Assembly: GCA_051362555.1 (NCBI GenBank) | Contig: CM120643.1 | Span: 6,944,001 to 7,008,000, forward strand | Source: Lingula anatina | Lineage: Eukaryota > Animalia > Brachiopoda | Direction: 5' to 3' | Length of the DNA stretch: 64,000 nt | Part shown: in pieces, positions 52,985-62,621 of the stretch | Position numbering within the stretch: the first letter of the stretch is position 1 | How the letters are laid out: every line of letters begins with the position of its first letter | The notes under the pieces: model-generated | The model's input: only the letters and a program-made list of their open reading frames with translations | Databases searched by the model: none | What the model was told of the DNA's origin: nothing | Made by a program: the position numbers and the translations under genes

Positions 52985-53596
52985 ATGAAAACATCAGTAC
53001 ACATAAATTACTTACTGTTTATTATCATTTCTCAACTTGCTGAGCAGTATATTCAACTTCATCGCCGACAGGATTCTGACTTGGAGGATCAAGTGAATGC
53101 CATAACTATTTTGACAATTTTACCAAACTTATTTGATCGGAATTTACATAACAATTTACCTGGACTTTATTATTGGGGCGTGCCGCATTCGGGTAAGTCA
53201 TTCATGTTTTCTAAAAGTTCTTATTTTAGAAAGATACCCACTGATGCGGACGGCGTAGGTAGATTTCATTTGTTTCAATCTTCCGCCATGTTGTTAGAAG
53301 ATGTTAGAGCTGAATTTATAGAAAAATCTAGAAATATGTCTGTACTTAGAGATTGTTGTTTGGGTGGCAGATCTATTGTAAAAATTATGGGTGGCACTAC
53401 CGATGTAGTTGGATGGGTATTAGTTACTTCAAATGAATCACCATTGTTTATTCAACGTCCATCTGATGAATTGGATGAAGCAGCTAAGACCACCTTTGTA
53501 CGTAATGCGTCTGCTTGGAAGCGACGTTTTTTAACCATTTCATCGCCCACAGCTACATCAATGATCTATATGCGCCATCACATGCTCCTACGCTAG
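52985..53596 (+). other. Superfamily-3 helicase of ssDNA-virus type (parvo/bidnavirus NS1- or CRESS Rep-like); probable endogenous viral element
   Basis: Walker A LYYWGVPHSGKS, Walker B AMLLED, B' IVKIMGG, motif C VLVTSN and Arg finger AWKRRF in SF3 order and spacing; intronless; no HUH motifs upstream. Confidence 0.8.
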
Positions 53597-53789
53597 ACGG
53601 ATATCTTGCGCAAGGGTGTCAGAACAATGATGCATAACAATTTTTACAGAGGATTTGTACATACAGGTGACATAAACTTACATCGTAGGGGATTTTCGAT
53701 TATAATATAAAATGCACTAAATTTATAGATAAAAATATAATGCTTGGCCCCAAAAAATTGCACGCACAGTGCGGTGAATGCAGTTGCGA

Positions 53790-54033
53790 AGGAAATGTAG
53801 ACCAAGTCAAGACAGCAACTAAAGAAGAAATAGTGGAATGGGTTTCAAGTGCGTGGGCCTGCATTTCTGGCAAGATGGTAAAGAAATCCTTTGAGGTAAC
53901 TGGGATCATGGATTCACTCAATGCAGAGGAACCCGATGCTAATGCTCTGTTATTCAGTGACAGCGATGAGGAGGAATTCCTTGGTTTTCATTCCGAAAAT
54001 ATTGAAGATGATGATCCCTTCCAAGGACACTGA
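53790..54033 (+). pseudogene. pogo/Tigger-type transposase C-terminal fragment
   Basis: ATKEEIVEWVSSAWACISGKMVKKSFEVTGI plus acidic SDSDEEEFLGF tail. Confidence 0.75.
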
Positions 54034-54507
54034 GTAAATTTAGTTATAAAACCTTGAAATTTGTGCAGCATGACACTTCATATATATATTTTTCATTATA
54101 GGCCTTCATTTATTTATTCATTTATTTTTTGTTCTGTTTATTTCGGCAGTACAATTCAAACAGCGACTTTGACTCTACGATGTTTTCTACAGCTTTACTA
54201 GTAAATAATTATAATGGTTCAATTGCTATTTTTTTACATATGAAACATAGTAAAGCCTAAGTCAAAAGTGGATATGGCATTAAGTTTCAAGTTGCTTATT
54301 AAACTACATGTAATATAAAATCAAACAAAGTTTTAGAACTGTAATTTAATTTTTAAAAGGTCAATTTAGTGTCTGTAACACACAAACTATTTCCTTTTAT
54401 ACGTAAACAGCCACCAACTGATGAGAAGCAGCTTGATGCTTTACAAAGGATTTGGCCAAAAATATATAAAAAAAAGCTAAGCCAGCACTGAAGTTGCTAA
54501 ACACTGA

Positions 54508-54817
54508 AGATGATGAAGGTACCAGTCTCTTAGCACCATCTGCAGAAGAAACCATGCATGTTCCTATATAGATGATGAAGGTACCAGTCTCTTAGCACCA
54601 TCTGCAGAAGAAACCATGCGTGTTCCTATATAGATGATGAAGGTACCAGTCTCTTAGCACCATCTGCAGAAGAAACCACGCGTGTTCCTATATAGATGAT
54701 GAAGGTACCAGTCTCTTAGCACCATCTGCAGAAGAAACCATGCATGTTCCTATATAGATGATGAAGGTACCAGTCTCTTAGCACCATCTGCAGAAGAAAC
54801 CATGCATGTTCCTATAT
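54508..54817. repeat. 62-bp tandem repeat, 5 near-identical copies
   Basis: AGATGATGAAGGTACCAGTCTCTTAGCACCATCTGCAGAAGAAACCATGCATGTTCCTATAT x5. Confidence 0.95.
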
Positions 54818-55336
54818 GGAATTTGAGGAGGAAGATTCACAACAAAACACTCAGAATACATCAATTTTCCAAGAATTCCTAGGAGATGTTAATGCCTTTG
54901 AAGAGGTAAACAAGTTAGAACGTTTATGTAGACAAGTAAATTTTGTTGAACATAGAAAAGGTTAGAAATGTGCTAACTAAATGAAAATAGATTTAATCTT
55001 ATGGAGTTGATCTTGTCTTCCAATATCTGATTAATAGTGCCTTATATGAATTACATATGAAAAAACTCTGAAAGCAATATTTATGGCAAAAATATTGGAG
55101 CTCTTATTAAGAAAATTACATCAAATGGTCAGATGTCCATCCAAAATGAAAAAAAAAAAAAAAAAAAAAAAAAACAAGGACATCAGAAGCATACAGGGCA
55201 TGTTGTAAGAGTGTAGCTGTCCTCCATGACAAGGCAGAGTCTGAATCAGGCACAGACAATGACAGCTAGGGCAGAGAATGAACATGAAAATCTTGCTGTT
55301 AGAGGTGTCAGGCTAACCAAGGGACACTTTTAGGAA

Positions 55337-55806
55337 ATGGATGGCTGTGTGACAGACATTTTAGCAGCACAAAGACTTATCAAATTGGAATTTCCTTTGT
55401 TGGTGGGGCTTTTAGCTACTCTCCTCTTGGCCTCTGGTCTGGGGATACAACCTACGGTTACAGATGGAATTCAAATTCATCATGTTGGTTTACATTGGGT
55501 AGTATCTGCATGTGTCAACAAAAAGATAGTTGTGTATGACTCATGAACACCAAGACTGACACCTAATTTAAGGGCTCAATTGTTGAGTTTGTATTCTAAT
55601 TTTTATAACAGGGTCAATGGTAAAATGACTGTTGAAATGCATTCTCCAAAGAGACAAGCTGGTGGTCAGGATTGTGGCCTATTTGCCATTGCAACAGCTG
55701 TGTGTTAAGCCAACAAGGTTGACCTGTATGGCATTGTTTTCGGTCAAGAGCAGATGAGAAGACACTTGTATGAGAGTTTTTGTAGGGGAAACTGGTAATG
55801 TTTCCA
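55337..55806 (+). pseudogene. Ulp1/C48 (SUMO-protease-like) domain remnant, transposon-associated
   Basis: IQIHHVGLHWV (His), VYDS (Asp), RQAGGQDCGLFAIA (Gln/Cys), QEQMRRHL; in-frame stops at 55544 and about 55706. Confidence 0.8.
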
Positions 55807-55854
55807 TGGGAGATAAAGACCCAATCAGTAAAGGTGACATACTAGTATATAACT

Positions 55855-56897
55855 CAGGGTTCTCCCCAGGCCTTTATAGCGTATCGGCACCGCTACGCAT
55901 CTTTTTTTGCTGATACGCTCCTTTTTTTTGCCGATACGCTTTTTTGAACTCGGATACCCTTGAAGAGTGTGTGTGCCCAACGCCTTTATTCCTGACAGTC
56001 GTGATGCAAATGACTTGTGTAGGCCCTACGTACTTGAATCTCTTGTGTGCACGTTGGTTGTTTATTTTTATTCTGCCTGGCGCAGTAATACAAGTATTAA
56101 TGTCTCGTGTTGAGAGCGCGGGGCCTGCGCACTGACAAGTTTTGAATATCAACATCCGCTATTTTCCCGCAAAATTTGGTCGTGCACGTGGGTTATGTCG
56201 TAACTATTTCATGAGACGCAATCTTGATTACTCGCGAAATCAGGTCAGCTTCAGTCATGTGTACAGTATATGGCGATTTCATTGGATGTTTCTCTTCACG
56301 GTTTGATGGTGGATCGAAATGCCACTCCCAAAACGTGTGCACTCGCACAATATTACAGACTTCTTTCACGCAGTTCAAAGATGTGAAAAACAAGCACACG
56401 TGGAGCGCACATTTACTGACATCGTTGACACTGCTGCGTCGGATAATATCACGGCTGTAACAGTAACAGAAGGCAACAGAAAATTGAAAAAGGATCCGAA
56501 AAGAAGAAAAACGGGCGTCGACCCCACATGGCTTACTACGTATGCATGGCTGCAGGTGACTGCTGACGAGAAGGGTGAGTTTTTTTCATGTTAAAATGTC
56601 TTAAACAATTGAATATCAGTATAACGTTAGTCTACTCTAGCATGTACCCTAGCACATAAATTCATGCGTTAGCACTCGTATTGACGATTCTGATATGTAC
56701 TGGCTGTGCTAGTATCATTGGTTATAGATTTTAATTAGGCTAAATAAGATAAATGTCATGGATATTTATTTAGCAAAAAATAAAAAAAGGAAACTTTTTG
56801 TAGGAAGTTCAGATAAACACTTCAGACCCCCCCCCCCCCTCGGTACTCTCGCGTAAAAAAAAATAAGGGCTATTTTCAAATCCTGGGGAGAACCCTG
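55855..56897 (+). mobile_element. Internally deleted hAT element retaining the first exon of a ZNF862-like transposase
   Basis: 16-bp perfect TIRs CAGGGTTCTCCCCAGG / CCTGGGGAGAACCCTG; 6-bp direct repeat ATAACT each side. ORF 56319 (ITDFF...RKTGVDPTWLTTYAWL...G) ends at a GTGAGT donor. Confidence 0.85.
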
Positions 56898-57184
56898 ATA
56901 ACTATATCAAAAGACAACTGAAGTAGTTTTACAATCATTTCATGGTTTAAAAAAATACAGGTGGACCTCTAAACAACTTATCTTAAGACCTAATCTAATA
57001 TTTTGGCATTTATTTTAAGTGTGACATAAATGTTGAAAAAGATGTCCTAACTGACCCTGCTGTTAAAATCTCCAACAGAAACCCATCACTGGCACTGGAC
57101 ATAGAGAAAATTCTAAATGACAATATCCCTGGGCTAGTGGACAGCCAGGCCCTGTACCCCCCCCCCCCCCCCCCCCCCCCCCGA

Positions 57185-57430
57185 CCACTGTCCAATTTGG
57201 AATAGACTTGAATCTTGCAAGACTATACAGAAGAGATGAGCTGGCTTTGGATGACAAGGAACATAATACTAAGGCAAACAAACACCAAGCCTACAGACTA
57301 TGGGTACATGGTCGTTTGGGAGCTGGCAATTAGACGAGTGATTCCATCTTGCTCTGTGTGGGCAATAAGAGAAAAGTTCCCAGATCCATATGGACAATAT
57401 CAGGGGTTTATTCCCAACAGGATTGGCTAG
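57185..57430 (+). pseudogene. P2X7 cytoplasmic-ballast-like (nanor-like) domain fragment, transposon-associated
   Basis: IRRVIPSCSVWAIREKFPDPYGQYQGF matches the R..IPSC.V..IR..FP...G.Y.GF motif. Confidence 0.7.
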
Positions 57431-57565
57431 TTATATTTTAAGAAATCTTTCTCTGTCAAATACTAGTAATTATTTAGAACAAGCTGGAATTTTTCCTCAT
57501 CATTGGTTTACTGCTGAGTTGTTAGAAGTTTCTTTTTTTTTTTATGTATTCAAATGTGATTTGGA

Positions 57566-57865
57566 ATGGACTTAGTCAGGCCACTGAATAAAACGCCCAG
57601 AGGAAACAGGTACATTATTGTTCTAACAGACTTCCTGATAAAGTGGCCAGAAGCAGAAACAATGTCAAGCAAGAAAGCCTCAGTTATTGCTGTATCTATA
57701 ATGAAAGTTGTGTGCTGTTATGCTAGTTTCAAGGTGCTAATTCCCGACCAAGGGCGCGAACTCCGTATCCAAGTAAATGAGGGATTATGTCAGCAACTTG
57801 GCAGTGATCTTTGTCGTACAACAGCCTTCCACCCCCAGGTGAATGGACAATGTGAACGCTACAAC
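57566..57865 (+). pseudogene. Gypsy/Ginger-type integrase core fragment
   Basis: DLVRPLNKTPRGNRYIIVLTDFLIKWPEA, IPDQGREL, TTAFHPQVNGQCERYN; truncated at both ends. Confidence 0.85.
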
Positions 57866-57949
57866 AGCAAAAAGCCAAACATGGAAGCATGGCAGGAGGT
57901 ATTTCTCTTGCAAGCGTCCAAATGGAAAAAGAGGAAGGGCTGAATTCTA

Positions 57950-58190
57950 GACAAAGTGAGAGAGTGGGTAAGGGAATTCCTCTTAAGCCCTGATATCAGC
58001 CGAGAAGTTCCAACTGAGAGTGAAGCCATGAAAATCGAAGGGGAAGATGGTTCAGTTTAGTTACAAGCCAAACACAACATGGTTTTTACCAATAAAGAAG
58101 CTTTCTGTCAGTACAAAGAAATATTTCCTTATGATAACATTGGCCTCATGTCGTTTCAAGCTTTAGTTCCCCCTAATCTTAAAAAAAATC
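57950..58190 (+). pseudogene. DNA-transposase-like fragment (possibly Sola-type N-terminal region)
   Basis: VREFLLSPDISREVP...KHNMVFTNKEAFCQYKEIFPYDNIGLMSFQALVP pattern; family assignment from memory only. Confidence 0.4.
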
Positions 58191-58399
58191 TCTGAAACAG
58201 GTCATCGCAAGTAAGGGATTGTTCAAGATTATAATAGTTAAATAAATAAATAAAATAATAATAAAAGTGCTGACCTCTTTTGGAATGATTTATTTCAGTT
58301 TGTTTATAGAAATTATGCCAATTCAGTTAAGAATGCAGATATTCCCCCACAAACAAGTATTCTCAACTGACAGAGGTTTCAAAAATTCTTTATCTTGGG

Positions 58400-59090
58400 C
58401 TATTGGATGAAAACACAGATAAATTGGAAACTGTCAGTATTGTTTTGGACCATTTGTATATTTCTTAAAAAGTGGGAAAAGATCTGTACTATCTAGTGGT
58501 AGCCAGTAATGGCACAGTATATTCCCATCTCATGAAATATGTACAGGAATCCAAAGGTGTACTTCAGTGGCTGCTTCCTTATCTTGGAGAATTTCACGCA
58601 CTAAAAAACTTTCAACACGTTTTACTTAAAATCTTTTATAATGCAGGTTTAAAAGAGCTAATTAATTTATTTCATCTTGGGGCTACAGATAAATCCGTGG
58701 CTAAAGCCAAGAATTTTGAGAAAACACATATGTATGTTTCTACTAAAAATCTGGGAAGATTTTTTTATAATTGAAATTGAATTATATTATAAATGGAAGT
58801 GTGGAGATATTGATTTGTCTAATGAAGACATTACTGTTAAACTTGCAGATGTAATGGGAAAAAATCTGTTAGAAAGGAGTGGCGAGAAGTATGATTTTAC
58901 CTGTAATTTTCTTGATGATATTTAAGAAACTCAAACAGAATTCTCATAGTTTACCAGAGAGTTATCCCACAAAATAAAACCTGTTCTTTTTGGTTAAATT
59001 TTGTTTACATAAATTGCTTTTTCTACAATTCTTTATATTTTTCTGTGAGAACAGGTGTTTGGAATCTAAGAAATTTTTGTTTGAAAAACC
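58400..59090 (+). pseudogene. DUF6589/Academ-type transposase fragment
   Basis: YLVVASNGTVY...LQWLLPYLGEFHALKNFQHVLLKIFYNAGLKEL...FWLNFV...LYFSVRTGVWNLR; several frameshifts. Confidence 0.6.
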
Positions 59091-59213
59091 AATGAGACAA
59101 AAATGAAGGCGTGGCAGGAAATTACGAGAAGGTTAGTGCCCAATTCTTTAAATCAAAAGCACTAGAATAGATGACTTGACTATTGATATATTTTAATCTT
59201 ATAATTCCATCCT

Positions 59214-59246
<33 letters not shown>

Positions 59247-59984
59247 ATGTGCGATACTGTCGTGCCAGGAGAGAAAGAAGCCAGTCATCTGAGAGAGGAA
59301 CTGGAAGGTACTCTATTAATATCTTAAGACTTATTTTTTTACATGCACAGATCATTTTTATTACTAATATTTTAACATTAATTATTTTTTGTTAGTAAAA
59401 TAAATGTTTTGTGTTCCTATTTTTATTATAAGAAGTCCCAGATAAAATACAGGTACAACCAAGAAAGGCATCAAAGAAAGAATTTTTTAAATTATACTTA
59501 GCCTTGCATAATGAAGAATAATTTGGAAAAAGCAAGGTACCATTTTATAAAATTTAATACAGGCCTAGACAAACTATATGGGGAGAGATAATGTACTTTT
59601 AATGCAACATTGTTTATTACATTTAGTCTTGAAAGTCTAAGATTTGAGGCCACTGTGGGCACACAGCTCTTTTTTTTTATGAAAGCTTAAATGGTGACCT
59701 GTGAAAACAATTTCATGGAACCCAGCAGGTAGAATTGCAAATAGTCACAGTGGTGTGCATTCAACATAAATTACCAGAGCTAACTGAACAAATAAAGGAT
59801 GGTGCTGTGCAGGCCCTGGTGCAGCAGATGACTAAACAGCCAAGTTTGAAATTTTCAGGCAGGATAGGCAATTCCTCTCATATCCTATGTTACCTAAGGT
59901 GCTGTTTTTGAGTGTTCAAAATTTTTAAGAATTCACAATGATAGAGGATTTGTTTTTTGCAGTGTCATATAATGCAGTAAAAAA

Positions 59985-60709
59985 CTGCACTCAACACTAA
60001 CGGTTGTCCGATTGCCTGGGACAATTAAAATCTGCGGTCGGGCAAGTAAATTTTACGTCCAGTTACCCGATGGGCAAGTGAATTTTTTTCTCATATTGGC
60101 AGTGCAATGTTAGATCTGATGTTGAAATATAAAACATTTTACGTTTTTTTCCCTTTTGCACAATAAAGTTACGATGCGTTTGTAAACTGCAACGCTTGCT
60201 TTTTGTCAACAAAGAAAGCGATGCACGATTGTGCTAGATGCGCCAAGTGCACGATAATGTATTCAAATAGTTCATGCGATAAAGGTTAGTGTATTCCAAC
60301 GTGAAGTGAAGTTTCTAGCGTGGTCGATTTAAACTTGCTCTATTTTTTACTTTGAAATAAACTTTATATTGTATTGACTTTATACTTTTTGTAAATATTG
60401 GAATTGGTAAATGCTCAATAAAAATGTCATTTTATTTTTTATTTGTTTTGCATACTTAGTCTTTGTTTTCGCGTACATTCATGACGACAAAATGGCACAG
60501 TCGGACCTGTCAAAGTTTTTTTCTATAATACCCACTAAAAGATCATCTGCTGTCACTATGTCACAGAAAAATTATGAGGTCAAGAGAGAGCGTGGATGGG
60601 TGGCTGCATGGGGGAGCATGTTTCCCTGAAGGACGCTGACAAAGCTAAGATGACCAAACACTGATATATATAGTGTTTTCTGTCACTGCCAAGAGCATCC
60701 TAGGATTCC
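59985..60709 (+). mobile_element. 5' part of a second hAT element (ZNF862-like N-terminus), cut by the LTR insertion
   Basis: GGGCAAGT sub-terminal repeats (60041, 60073); MAQSDLSKFF...YEVKRERGWVAAWGSMFP*...FCHCQEHPRI. Confidence 0.55.
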
Positions 60710-60956
60710 TGTTGCACATATGGGGATTGCGCAAGGGCCCGCACATAAAAAGTAAGAGCCTACAATGTGACGCCCTAGATCCCTCCAGATCTCAAGAGTG
60801 ACAGACATCTACTACTCTCACTGAAGACAAAGCCTGAAGACTAAAGAAACCTGGTTCCCCAACTAAACAGAAGGAACAGGCAATACTCTCAGTAAGTACC
60901 AGAAGTGTATGTTACTGCTATAAGAATAGAGTAAAACACTTCATTGGCGACAAGGT
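60710..60956 (+). mobile_element. 5' LTR (TG...CA, about 60710-60943) and primer-binding site
   Basis: TGTTG at the point where the hAT reading frame stops; CA at 60943 followed by TGGCGACAAGG, one mismatch from the complement of a tRNA-Ser(GCU)-type 3' end (TGGCGACGAGG). Alternative LTR start TGTGA at 60766. Confidence 0.6.
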
Positions 60957-61610
60957 ACACACGACCTCTTAGTATAAAGCTGTTGCAAGCCATTAGGTAA
61001 TTTCTCCTTTGTTTGACGCCATACTGAAAAATTTGGCGGGCAGGGGTCAAGTTTTTGAAACTTCACGGTAAGTTCTAAACCTTTCAGCCGCAAGGTTACC
61101 ACGTAGGGAACGGGGAGTATTCCTTTTTGGTTTGTTTATTTTACCATCTAGTAAAACCGAACTTATTGAGAAATTGCCTTTCGTAAGGGAGACGTTGTTC
61201 TCGTACATCTGTTTAGGGCACGTGCAACAGCAATATTGTACTAACCTTCAAAATTTCTGCACAACTATCCATTTGTTGTGGCATTTCAATTTTTTGCCTT
61301 TTCTGGTATAATTAAATTTAATAGTTAGTTGTTTTACTGGCACAGGGTTAATTTAAATTTTGATTATTCATGGATTATTGATATTAGTTATTTAAACGAT
61401 TGATATATTCTATGTACTGGGATAAACTTAATCACTTATCTGTAAATTATTAGTTTCACTTGATTCTAGATTTATAGATATAGTGAAAATTTATATTTCT
61501 CTTTTTTAATTTCCATTGGTGGATTTTTTTCTAAATCTTTCTGGTGTTGAGTGCCGGTTAATAGCTTACTATTTTTTCTGATTACTTGTGTTAGATCTTA
61601 CATCAACACA

Positions 61611-62570
61611 ATGGCAACTTCATCCCAGTTGGCAGATATTAATTTTGCTACATTTGAGGATTTAGCTGATGTACCTGGAATTGGTCAAAAGCGTGCGGAG
61701 AAAATTTTGTCTGTTAGAGCAAGGGGTATCCGCCTAAATCAAAATATTTTACAAGAACTTTTTGGTCAAACAATTACATCCAAAATTATGCCCTATCTTC
61801 AATTTGAGTCCTCTCTAACAAAAAGTCATGGTGGGGCAAAACCCAAAACAAAAAGGCAAACCTCTACATTGGAGTCTGTTTTTGGTACGGAGTTCCTACC
61901 AGAGACAGCTTGTGCTGAATTCCATCAATCAGTCCAATTACCCACTGAAACACTCAATGATTGGGCTTGTCGCGTAATGAGTTTAGTCAATGATGCCTAT
62001 CCAGATCTAATAGACTCTTTTACTGTGAAGGAGGCCATAAATAAATTCTGTCAAGGTTGCCTAGATCCAGAAGCAGGCAATCATGCCCGTCTCTCACACC
62101 CTATTTCCATGGAAGACGCCATAAATAAAGTTTGCTACTATCAGCACGTCTGTCAGGATTCCTCTGATACCTAAAAGCATGGGAGAAAATCCTGTGACGA
62201 TTTAGTTATTAATCAGATGGAACCGGAGCAGTCTGTTGATGAAGGTGAACCCCCATCCAAAATTGAACAATTGTTAAAGAGCATTTTAGAAGAACAAACT
62301 GAAATTCTACCCCCCCCCCCCAAACAACCCTCAGTCAACTCCCTCGAAATCAAATCTTTAGAAGATCTTGAAAAAATAATAGAACAAGTCATTTTAAAGC
62401 ACAAATCTACTGAATCGGCCTCTCAGTCAAAAAGACCTGTTCAGACTTGTTATTTTTGTCAAAAAGCTAACCATTTTAAGAGGGATTGTCCAAAGTATAA
62501 ATTTTGGTTGAAAAAACAAAAAGCTTAATTGGCCCAATCCAACAGTGTTAATTATAATATAAAAGCCTAG
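61611..62570 (+). pseudogene. Gypsy gag with N-terminal ComEA-like helix-hairpin-helix domain and CCHC knuckle
   Basis: DINFATFEDLADVPGIGQKRAEKILSVR (HhH), capsid C-terminal Q...E...DWA.RV..L...AY motif, CYFCQKANHFKRDC. The two track ORFs are in the same frame, separated by TAA at 62172; a second TAA at 62526 precedes the likely ancestral stop TAG at 62568. Confidence 0.85.
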
Positions 62571-62621
62571 GGGCCAGGGTAATTGACCGTATCCCTGGTA
62601 CCCCATCCCTTCACGGTCAAT
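62556..62621 (+). promoter_or_regulatory. -1 ribosomal frameshift cassette: decayed slippery site plus H-type pseudoknot
   Basis: Stem 1 GGGGCCAGGG (62570-62579) / CCCTGGTACCCC (62593-62604); loop ATTGACCGT (62582-62590) is the exact complement of ACGGTCAAT (62613-62621). Upstream AAT ATA AAA sits where AAT TTA AAC is usual. Confidence 0.65.

Noticed and set aside
54508-54817. 62-bp repeats as a CRISPR array or coding repeat
   Set aside because: Units are contiguous with no spacers; 62 is not a multiple of 3 and the frames contain stops.
57146-59245. Long poly-C (57146-57182) and poly-G (59215-59245) runs giving poly-Pro/Gly ORFs
   Set aside because: Homopolymer expansions with unreliable length; the ORFs are artefacts.
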